Below, piece by piece: positions 53,347-64,000 of a stretch of 64,000 bases of DNA. Position numbers and translations under genes: made by a program. The notes under the pieces are model-generated. The model saw only the letters and a program-made list of their open reading frames with translations. It did no database searches and had not been told where the DNA came from. Location of the stretch: assembly GCA_965235115.1 (NCBI GenBank), contig OZ249436.1, positions 26,042,001-26,106,000 on the forward strand. The letters run 5' to 3'. This stretch comes from Laetmonice hystrix. Taxonomy: Eukaryota. Each line of letters begins with the position of its first letter. Within the stretch, counting starts at the first letter, position 1.

Positions 53347-55733
53347 TGTTAACAATTGTTAACAGGGGTCATAACTCGGTCATTTTTCAAGATATCTAAG
53401 TCAAACTTGGTGGGCATGTTGCCAGTCACCAACTCTGATGTGACAATGAGTCATGACGTCACATGACGTAACGTCATGACGTCATGACGTCATTCGTGTT
53501 GTGACTATTAGGACGGTTTTCAAAGTCAATATGGATACTATCCAAAAACTGATGACACTGTCAGAATTGGGCAAGGTCCTGTGAATTTTTTTGCAAATAT
53601 TTTGACCTTTGACCTTTGACCTGTCTGAAATCAGGGTCAAAGGTCATAAAATGCTTAAATCCCTCTTTCTTCCTTAATTTTCATTAAAATTTTATGAAAT
53701 TGCACAGGAATGGTGTCTAATTAGAGTTCCAAAGGAATCCGCCTTTCTACAATTGTTTGACCTACATTCGCTGAGTCACGTGACCTCAAAATTTTGAACA
53801 GTGGTCAATTTGGCTATCTATGGCTACAACTCATAAACGGTGCCGGTAAGGGCCATGGTTACTATTGAACACGAATAGGAAGTCATGCATGCTCTTTCAT
53901 TTGACGCCAAGTTTGATGACGTAGTGTGACGTATGACGTCATAATGACATCATCAATGTTTTCTAAGGCCTATAACTCCTAAACGATGGGAGATAAAGCC
54001 ATGGTTACTATTGAACATGCATAGGAAGTCATACATGCTCCTTCAATTGACACCAATATTCATTAGGTAGCGTGACGTATGACGTCATAATGACGTAATT
54101 GGTATCTTCTATGGCCTATAACTCGAAAACGGTGCAAGATAGGGTCATAGTTACCATTGAACATGAATAGGAAGTCATACAAGCTCTTTCCACTGACACC
54201 AAGTTTAAGGATGTAGCTTGACGTATGACGTCATAATGACGTCATCAATATTTTCTAAGGGCTGTAACTCCTAAACGGTGGGAGATAAAGGCATGGTTAC
54301 TATTGAACATGAATAGGAAGTCGTATGCACTTTCAAATGACACCATCATTTATTAGGTAGCGTGACATATGACGTCATAATGACGTCATTGGTGTCTTCC
54401 ATGGCCTATAACTCGAGAACAGTGCAAGATAGAACCATAGTTACTATTAAAAACGAATAGGAAATCATGCATGCTCTTTCTATTGAGGCCAAGTTTGATG
54501 ACGTAGGATGACGTATGACGTAATGACGTCATCAATATTTTCTAAGGCCTGTAACTTCTAAACGGTGGGAGATAAAGCCTTGGTTACTATTGAACATGAA
54601 TAGGAAGTCATACATGGTCTTTCAATTGACACCAACATTTATTAGGTAGCGTGACGTATGACGTCATAATGACGTCATTGGTATCTTCTATGGCCTATAA
54701 GTCGAAAACAGTGCAAGATAGGACCATAGTTACTATTGAACACGAATAGGAAGTCATACATGCTCTTTTAATTGAGGCCAAGTTTGATGACGTAGCGTGA
54801 CGTATGACGTCATAATGACGTCATCAATACTTTCTAGGGCCTTTAACTCCTAAACGGTTGGAGACAAACCCATGGTTACTATTGGACATGAATAGGAAGT
54901 CATACATGCTCTTTCAATTGACACCTACATTTACTAGGTAGCGTGACGTATGACGTAATAATAACGTCAGGAATCATATCTCGGTCGTTTTTCCAGATAT
55001 CTAAGTCAAACTTGGTGGACATGTTGATAGTCACCAACTCTGTTTTGACAATGAGTCATGACGTCACATGACGTAACGTCATGACGTACAATGACGTCAT
55101 CAATATTTTGTAGGGCCTCTAATTCCTAAACGGTTGGAGATAAAGCCATGGTTACTATTGAACATGAATAGGAAGTCATACATGCTCTTTCAATGGACGC
55201 CAACATTTATTAGGTAGCGTGACGTATGATGTCATAATGACGTCATTGGTATCTTCTATGGCCTATAAGTCGAAAACAGTGCAAGATAGAACCATAGTTA
55301 CTATTGAACACGAATAGGAAGTCCTACATGTTCTTTCAATTGAGGCCAAGTTTGATGACGTAGCGTGACGTATGACGTCATAATGACGTCATCAGTATTT
55401 TCTAGGGCCTCTAACTCTTAAACGGTGGGAGATAAAGCCACAGTTACTATTGAACACGAATAGGAAGTCATGCATGCTCTTTCAACTGAGGCCAAGTTTA
55501 ATGACGTAGCATGACGTATGACGTCATAGTGGCGTTATCTATATTTTCTAAGGCCTATAACTCCTAAACGGTGGGAGATAAAGCCATGGTTACTACTGAA
55601 CATGAATAGGAAATCATACATGCTCTTTCAATGACACCAACATTTATAAACGTCATAATGACCTTACTAAGTCATAGGGACATGCCCCCCAAGGGATGGG
55701 ATCCATCGTGGTTTTCACCACGACAGGTCTAGT
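53311..55733 (+). mobile_element. HINE body 3 (head displaced, probably 47700)
   Basis: As body 2. Confidence 0.8.
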
Positions 55734-58265
55734 TATTATTTGCGTAGTAGTAGTAGTAGTAGTAGTAGTTGTTAACAATTGTTAACAGGGGTCATAACTC
55801 GGTCATTTTTCAAGATATCTAAGTCAAACTTGGTGGGCATGTTGCCAGTCACTAACTCTGATGTGACAATGAGTCATGACGTCACATGACGTAACGTCAT
55901 GACGTCATGACGTCATTCGTGTTGTGACTATTAGGACGGTTTTCAAAGTCAATATGGATACTTTCCAGGAACTGATGACACTGTCAGAATTGGGCAAGGT
56001 CCTGATAATTCTTTTGCAAATATTTTGACCTTTGACCTATGACCTGTCTGAAATCTGGGTCAAAGGTCATAAAATGCTTAAATCCCTCCTTCTTCCTTAA
56101 TTTTCATTAAAATTTTATGAAATTGCACAGGAATGGTGTCTAATGAGAGTTCCAAAGGAATCCGCCTTGCTACAATTGATTTGACCTACATTCGCTGAGT
56201 CACGTGACCTCAAAGTTTTGAACAGTGGTCAATTTGGCTATCTATGGCTATAACTCATAAACGGTGCCAGTAAGGGCCATAGTTACTATTGAAGACGAAT
56301 AGGAAGTCATGCATGCTCTTTCATTTGACACCAATATTTATTAGGTAGCGTGACGTATGACGTCATAATGACGTCATTGGTATCTTCTATGGCCTATAAG
56401 TCGAAAACAGTGCAAGATAGGACCATAGTTACTATTGAACACGAATAGGAAGTCATACATGCTCTTTCATTTGAGGCCAAGTTTAATGACGTAGCGTGAC
56501 GTATGACGTCATAATGAAGTCATCAATATTTTCTAGGGCCTATCACTCTTAAACGGTGGGAGGTAAAGCCAGAGTTACTATTAAACACGAATAGGAAGTC
56601 ATGAATGCTCTTTCAGTTGACGCCAAGTTTGATGACATAGCGTGACCTATGACGTCACAATGACGTCATCCGTATTTTCTAGGGTCTATACGTCCTAAAT
56701 GGTGGAAGATAAAGCCATGGTTACTATTGAAAACAAATAGGAAGTCATGGATGCTCTTTCAACTGAGGCCAAGTTTAATGACGTAGCTTGACGTTTGACG
56801 TCATAGTGACGTCATCAATATTTTCTAAGGCCTATAACTCCTAAACGGTGGGAGATAAAACCATGGTTACTATTGGACATGAATAGGAAGTCATGCATGC
56901 TCTTTCAATAATTATATATATTGACGCCAAGTTTGATGACGTAGTGTGACGTATGACGTCAAAATGACATCATCAATGTTTTCTAAGGCCTATAACTCCT
57001 AAACGGTGGGAGATAAAGCCATGGTTACTATTGAACATGCATAGGAAGTCATACATGCTCTTTCAATTGACACCAACATTTATTAGGTAGCGTGACGTAT
57101 GACGTCATAATGACGTCATTGGTATCTTCTATGGCCTATAAGTCGAAAACGGTGCAAGATAGGACCATAGTTACTATTGAACACGAATAGGAAGTCATAC
57201 ATGCTCTTTCAATTGAGGCCAAGTTTAATGATGTAGCGTGACGTATGACGTCATAATGAAGTCATCAATATTTTCTAGGGCCTATCACTCTTAAACGGTG
57301 GGAGGTAAAGGCAGAGTTACTATTAAACACGAATAGGAAGTCATGAATGCTCTTTCAGTTGACGCCAAGTTTGATGACATAGCGTGACCTATGACGTCAC
57401 AATGACGTCATCCGTATTTTCTAGGGTATATACGTCCTAAATGGTGGGAGATAAAGCCATGGTTACTATTGAAAACATATAGGAAGTCATGGATGCTCTT
57501 TCAACTGAGGCCAAGTTTAATGACGTAGCTTGACGTTTGACGTCATAGTGACGTCATCAATATTTTCTAAGGCCTATAACTCCTAAACGGTGGGAGATAA
57601 AACCATGGTTACTATTGGACATGAATAGGAAGTCATGCATGCTCTTTCAATTGACACCAACATTTATTAGGTAGCGTGACGTATGACGTAATAATGACGT
57701 CATTGGTATCTTCTATGGCCTATAAGTCGAAAACAGTGCAAGATAGGACCATAGTTACTATTGAACATGTATAGGAAGTCATACATGCTCTTTCAATTAA
57801 AGCCAAGTTTGATGAGGTAGCGTGATGTATGACGTCATGTGACGTCATCAATATTTTCTAGGGCCTATAACTCTTAAACGGTGGAAGATAAAGCCATGGT
57901 TACTATTGAACATGAATAGGAAGTCATACATGCTCCTTCAAGTGACACCAATATTCATTAGGTAGCGTGACGTATTACGACATAATGACGTCATTGGCAT
58001 CTTGTAAGACCTATAACTCAAAGGCGGTGCAAGATATGGCCATAGTTAATATTGAACGTGAATAGGAAGTCATGCTCTTTCAATTGACGCCAAGTTAGAT
58101 GACATAGCATTACGTATGACGTCATAAATACATATCCTGACATCATACATCATAATGACATCATTTAGTCGATAGAGCCATAGTTAACCCTACTCAGAAC
58201 ATTACGGAAAGGACATGTCGCCCAGGGGATGGGATCCATCGTGGTCTAGCCACGACATGTCTAGT
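55734..58265 (+). mobile_element. HINE body 4 (different subfamily; head probably 45031)
   Basis: Residual (TAT)n then (GTA)n; tail tcgtgg-tctag-ccacga..CTAGT. Confidence 0.78.
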
Positions 58266-60418
58266 TATTATTATTATTTGCGGCGTAGTAGTAGTAGTAG
58301 TAGTAGTAGTAAACAGGGGTCGTGTATCTCGGCCGTTTTTCAAGATATCTAAGTCAAACTTGGTGGACATGTTAATAGTCACCAACTCTGATCTGACAAT
58401 GAGTCATGACGTCACACGACGTAACGTCATGACGTCATGACGTCATTCGTGTTCTGAATATTAGGACGGCTTTCAAGGTCACTATTGATACTTTTGAGGA
58501 ACTGATGACACAGTCTAAATTGGGCAAGGACCTAATTGATTTTTTTCAAAAATTTTGACCTTTGACCTTTGACATGTCTAAAAGCTAGGTCGACTTCCTC
58601 AATTTTCATTAGAATTTCATGAAATTGCACAGGGATGGTCTCTAACGAGAGCTTCAAAGGAATCCGCTTCGCTACAATTGATTTGACCTATATTCGTTGA
58701 GTCACGTGACCTGAAAGATTTGAACAGAGGTCAATATAGATATATATGGCTATAACTAAGAAACGGTGCCAGATAGGGCCATAGTTACTATTGAACACGA
58801 ATAGGAAGTCATGTATGCTCTTTCAATTGACGCCAAGTTTGATGACGTAGCATGAAGTATGACGTCATAATGACGTCATCTATATTTTCTAAGGCCTAGA
58901 ACTCCTCAATGGTGGGAGATAAAGCCATGATTACTATTGAACACGAATAGGAAGTCATGTATGCTCTTTTAATTGACGTCAAGTTTGATGACGTATCGTG
59001 ACGTATGACGTCATAATGACGTCATTGGTATCTTCTATGGCCTATAACTCGAAAACGGTGCAGCATAGGACCATAGTTACTATTGAACACGAATAGGAAG
59101 TCATATGTGCTCTTTCAATTGAGACCAAGTTTGATGACGTAGCGTGACGTATGACGTCATAAGGACGTCATCAATATTTTCTAAGGCCTATAGCTTGTAA
59201 ATGGTGGGAGATAAAGCCATGGTTACTTTTGAACATGAATAGGAAGTCATAGATCCTCTTTTAAATGACATCAAGATTCATGACGTAGCATGACGTAGGT
59301 CATAAAGAGTGACATCAATATTTTCTAAGGTTTATGACTCCTAAACGGTTGGAGATAAAGCCATGGTTACTATTGAACTTCAATAGGAAGTCATACATGC
59401 TCTTTCAATTGACACCAACATTTATTAGGTAGCGTGACGTATGACGTCATAATGACGTCATTTGTATCTTCTATGGCCTATAACTCATAAACGGTGCCAT
59501 ATAGGCCCATAGTTACTATTGAACACGAATAGGAAGTCATATATGTTCTTTCCATTGTGGCAAGTTTGATGACGTAGCGTGAAGTATGACGTCATAATGA
59601 TGCCATCAATATGTTCTAAGGCCTCTAACTCGGAAATGGAGGGCGATAAAGCCATGGTTACTACTGAACATGAATAGAAAGTCATAGATCCTCTTTTAAA
59701 TGACATCACGATTCATGACGTAGCATGACGTATAATGACGTCATCAATATATTCTAAGGCTTATGACTCCTAAACGGTGGGCGATAAAGCCATGGTTACT
59801 ATTGAACTTGAATAGGAAGTCATACATGCTCTTTCCATTGCCACTAACATTTATTAGGTACCGTGACGTATGACGTTATAATGATGTCTTTGGTATCTTC
59901 TATGGCCTATAACTCGAGAACGGTGCAAGATATGACCATATTTACTACTGAAGGCGAATAGGAAGTCATATATGCTCTTTCAATTGACACCAAGATTAAT
60001 GATGTAGCATCACATATGACGTCATAATGACATCATCAATATTTTCTAAGGAATATAACTCCTAAACGGTGGCAGATAAAGCCATGGTTACTATTGAACA
60101 TGAATAGGAAGTTATATGCTCTTTGAATTGACACCAACATTTATTAGGTAGCGTGACGTATGACGTCGTAATTACGTCATTGCCATCTTCTAAGGATTTT
60201 CAGAGGCCTGTAACTACCAAACGGTGCTAGATAGCACCATAGTTACTATTGAACATGAATAGTAATAGTCATAGATCATAATGACGAAATTTGCATCTTC
60301 TAAGGCTTATCATCACGGGTGCAAGATAGCACCATACCTAGTTATCCCTACTCAGAACATGTTGGACGGGACACCCCGGGGATGGGATCCATTGTGGTAT
60401 CGCCACAACGAATCTAGT
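58266..60418 (+). mobile_element. HINE body 5 (most divergent, outermost 3' end)
   Basis: Residual (TAT)n, (GTA)n, diverged conserved block; tail ttgtgg-tatcg-ccacaa..CTAGT. Confidence 0.78.
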
Positions 60419-62894
60419 TACTATTAGTCTAGTAGATGTAGTAGTAGTAGCAGATCTAGTACCCAAAATTCTGATTTAAATGAAAATTGAATCCACCCAG
60501 TGACCCTCCCAAGGCTGCTATTTTAATGCTGATGGGTTTAATAGCCAGGATAATTCAGTATGACGTATTCAATCAGTGTATCTATAGTTTACATGTAATT
60601 GTATATTAATTTGAATTTCTTTTCACACCCTAGATCACGTCTTCAACTAAGGTGTGCTCCATACATTTTGAGAAAGAAGAGATTGTGAGAAGCCTGTGTG
60701 GAAAGCGGGGTGTGATTAAGGGAGCAGTTCCTCACATATTTCCATGGACCAAGGAAGCAAAGAGCAGGAAGTCACCAAAAGAGCGAGTGTCATCTTCTAA
60801 TGAACCAACTGACGATGGGTTCCAAATGGAATACACTGAAGAAAGGTAAATTCAAATGAATATCAAGGTTAGAAATTAGGCCAAAAAAAACTTTTTTGGA
60901 AGCACAGCAAAAGGCCATCCAGCCTCCCGCTAACATCGATACCTGAATATGAAAGACACTTTATGTATTTGATAAAATATCAACTGGTTGGTAATGAAAA
61001 ATTTCTTGGGTAATCTTTGGTAATCAACTTCGGTCAAAATGGCAGTGCTATTAGACTAATGACATTCCTTCTTTTTCAGTGAAGCAAGCAGAAGTGTACT
61101 CTGTCAACGGCCTCCGGACCACGACTACACAGCATGTTCAAAACTGACACTTGAAGAGCAATTGGAAGCTGCCTTGGAACACATCAGTCTGCTGGAGAAG
61201 GAAAATGAACACCTGAAATCGCTCCAGTTTGGTATCAATCGTTTCACCACAGATCCTGACATGATAGCTTTCTATACAGGCTTCAGATCATATGATATGT
61301 TCTTGACAACATATTTAGCCTTTCAACCAACCGCTGATAATCTTCTCACTTGGTCACAGCTTCAGAGACAGAGGTCCGGTACTGCCTTAAACACAAGAGA
61401 CATTCTCAAACATGAACATCTATCCACAATAGATCAATTTTTCTTATTTATGTGTCGCTGCAAGGCTGGCCTTTTTGAGAAGGATCTGGCCGAAAGGTTC
61501 CATGTAAGCTTCTCAACAGTGAGCAGAATCATCATCACCTGGGCAAACTATCTGTACCACCTTTTAGGAGCTTTGCCAATTTGGCCATCTTGTCATCAGA
61601 TTCGTAAACATATTCCTGAATGTTTCAAAGAGTGTTATTCTACCACCAGAGTAATATTAGATTGCACTGAGATTAAGTGTCAAACTCCATCAGCGTTGTA
61701 CTTGAACAGCCAGCTGTACTCGCACTACAAGGGTAGCACAACATTCAAGGGTCTGATAGGCATTACACCCTCAGGAGCAGTGTCATTTGTCAGTCAGCTG
61801 TACACGGGAAGCATTTCTGATGTGGACATCACAGCAAGATGTGGCATTGTTGACCTTTTAGACTCACTGGACTCGGTCATGGCTGACAAGGGATTCACCA
61901 TCCAAGACCTTTTGGCTACAAAAGGTGCCACTCTGACAATTCCGCCTTTTTTAACTGACAAACGTAACCAATTTGAAAGGGGTGAGGTTCAGCAAACACA
62001 GAATATTGCCAGGGTCAGGATCCACGTTGAACGCGCTATCAGGAGAGTAAAGGAGTATCACATATTTGATAGCATTGTACCACTAAGCCTGGCAGGTACC
62101 ATCAACCAATGTGGACTGTTTGTGCTCTTCTGACAAACTTCAGAGGTCCCCTTTTCTGACTGCATCATGAAGCATTTCTCAACAAATCGATCATCCCATC
62201 ACAGTGTTAGTTGCTGTATCTGACGTGATACAGTATTTGCTGCCATGTCTTGAAAAATTAAAAATTGGTTGTCGGGTTGAAATAAGTTCCTTTTAAAAAG
62301 AATATGTACTTTGATGATAAAATGTTATTTACGGTACATGTGAATTCTTTTTAATAGAAAAATGGAAGTTTAAAAACTTGACAATTTTACTGTCAAGGAG
62401 GGGAACATGTATTTCTTTAGATTTACCCCAGTGTAGTAACGAAAATAAAGATGAAGAATAATGGAAGACTCAAAAAATTCTTCAGTATTTTTAATTCATC
62501 CTGCAATAATTGATCGATTTACAAATGGTTTACAGATGACATAAATACGGTTACATGATCTGGTCATGTAACATTTAAGTTACCTGTTATCTTACGGAGG
62601 GTTCTCCTTTTTTTTCTGTAATTAGTAAGTTTACCCATTTCATTCCACTCCGAGTTCCAGAACGTGAACATCGAACGTCTTCTTCCGTCTCCAACGCACC
62701 CAAGATCCTTATTTTAAAACATAATTTTACATTTCTATTGCCCTACCGTACCTACCTGACAACACAGTAGCATTAAGCAAGTTCTCACACTGTATATGAC
62801 TGAAATCTTTTCCACATTAAATATTTTGCAAAGCATTACTATCATCATCATACAGTAATATTTGGTCATCATGTACAGTTTGTGTCGTCACATT

Positions 62895-63883
62895 TCATTT
62901 CTTGGTAGATAACAAACATGGCAAGAAATGCTCAAAATAAAAGGCATCAATATTTTCTTTCATATCTGCAAAGAAAGCTTCATCAACATTAATTTTTTCA
63001 ATTATGAAATCTTCTTCACAGTAAACCATAAAGTCACACCAAGTGAATCCTGTAATGCCTAACTGTCCCATTATTTGGTAGTAGTACTCATGAGTGTGTT
63101 TCAATGTGTACTCCCCATTCTGTCTTTGCTTCAAATATTTACACTCTTTATAGGTGTTGTTCCCAGGACACTTTATCTCAAGAAGCCCCCACTTTTGGTC
63201 ATTTGCAGCAGATGGATCATATACGAGACGATCAGGAGAGCATCCCAAATGACAAGCTGTGGGATTTATAACAAAGCCAATGCTGTACACATTCACTCCC
63301 TTGTTTCTGGCGTAAACTTCTGCAGCTGTAGGTTCAAGTTCTAGCCCTCTTCTCATCAAACTGGTTTGCACAGTTTTGCCTGTTATCAGTCTTTGAGCCA
63401 GAGATTTAAAGTCTCCACGTCTACAGCAAATCTGTTTGAATTTTGATGCAGTTAGACGTGACTCGCGAAGTTTTTTCCACTCAGGGCAAGCACTTTGTGT
63501 ACGGGTTGAAAGTTCGTAATCTGATGACTCGAGCAATGAGCATGAAAGCCCATCATACAATGACTGAAGTTCATCCGTGAGGGTAGACACATCATAAATC
63601 ATAGGAAGAACAGGTCTCGGGCAAGGTGGTCGACTGGGGGCATCAGCTACCATTAGTATACGGTCTCCTGGGGTGGTTATCTGCTGCTGATGAGCAAGCG
63701 TAGAGCCAAATGGGACTGGACCAATCTCACTTGGAACAGCTACAGGCCAGTTATCCGGAAGTAGCTGCAAAATCTGGGGCTGTACAGCCTGTGTAGACAT
63801 CATGCGCGATATTTTACCAGCAAAGTTCCTCGAGACGTCATAAATCGGTTCTCTGATAGGGTTATACAGCGTAGATGTAATTC
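62895..63883 (-). CDS. SWIM-YqaJ exonuclease (E7), last exon only (rest lies beyond the window)
   Basis: Open frame; two substitutions (D>N, D>E) and two synonymous SNPs relative to other copies. Confidence 0.88.
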
Positions 63884-64000
63884 CTGAGATAAAAAGAAAA
63901 TATTAAAAGACTATGAACAATTTTTACAACATACAATGTTACAATTGCAACAATATTTATCCACTTGGGTAAAAAAACAGAAATCAAGTTTCACATGTTT

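Larger units (their letters stand above)
48410..60330. repeat. Five arrays of a 146-bp satellite (~48410-50820, 51390-53230, 53820-55660, 56240-58130, 58745-60330)
   Basis: Anchor t(g/a)gttac at 48451, 48597 and 48743 (period 146). Core GTTACTATTGAACAYGAATAGGAAGTCAT; rich in TGACGT. Confidence 0.95.
45031..60418 (+). mobile_element. 15,388-bp composite of nested non-autonomous Helentron/DINE-1-like (HINE) elements
   Basis: Inserted at T|T (ctttat|tactatt). Starts T-ATCCCATCCCC with a hairpin; ends GGGGATGGGAT + stem-loop + CTAGT. Contains microsatellites and central tandem repeats; no Rep/helicase ORF. Confidence 0.85.
44121..62133 (+). pseudogene. Transposase E7: exons 44121-44279, 60634-60845, 61080-62133; 1-bp deletion near the 3' end; 15.4-kb insertion in intron 1
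   Basis: accaatgtgg versus accaaatgtgg near 62109 replaces MWTVCALLTNFRGPLF with CGLFVLF. GT donor at 44280. The DDE triad is retained, so pseudogene status is uncertain. Confidence 0.7.
1..64000. repeat. Head-to-tail tandem array of a ~6.99-kb ISL2EU-like transposon (6 complete units, a partial unit at the left edge, an interrupted unit running off the right edge)
   Basis: The identical ORF set recurs with periods 6990, 6994, 6994, 6990, 6990 and ~6970. Junction motif TATCACG starts at 2101, 9091, 16085, 23079, 30069, 37059 and 44029. Confidence 0.98.
44029..64000 (+). mobile_element. ISL2EU-like transposon copy E7, interrupted by a 15.4-kb insertion and cut by the window end
   Basis: Unit sequence stops at 45030 (cctactttat) and resumes at 60419 (tactattagt), exactly reconstituting the empty site seen at 3091-3110. 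Confidence 0.9.

Noticed and set aside
44961..59709. Low-complexity ORFs in the insertion (poly-V/L/I/Y/S/T)
   Set aside because: Translations of (TAT)n/(GTA)n tracts and satellite; no Rep, helicase or other domain.
48410..60330. CRISPR-like appearance of regularly spaced conserved motifs
   Set aside because: The intervening sequences are homologous to each other rather than unique spacers; no cas genes; intron-containing eukaryotic context.

Overview
Eukaryotic DNA, probably from an invertebrate animal, made entirely of mobile elements; no host gene is evident. (1) A head-to-tail array of at least 8 near-identical ~6.99-kb copies of an ISL2EU-type (PIF/Harbinger-related) DNA transposon, running off both window ends. 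Each copy has a 3-exon THAP-HTH-DDE transposase gene (+, 483 aa when intact) converging on a 4-exon SWIM + YqaJ/lambda-exonuclease gene (-, 513 aa). The ORF track missed the exon structures, which I reconstructed by hand. Copies meet at a 110-bp imperfect palindrome (~50-bp arms around a 9-bp spacer) that puts the two start codons 166 bp apart, head to head. All exonuclease genes are intact. Five of seven transposases are frameshifted (three independent lesions), and the two with open frames use a weak GC splice donor. (2) Transposase intron 1 of the last copy holds a 15.4-kb insertion (45031-60418): a nest of non-autonomous Helentron/DINE-1-like (HINE) elements inserted into each other's (TAT)n tract. 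It has five 5' heads and six 3' ends and carries arrays of a 146-bp, TGACGTCA-rich satellite.
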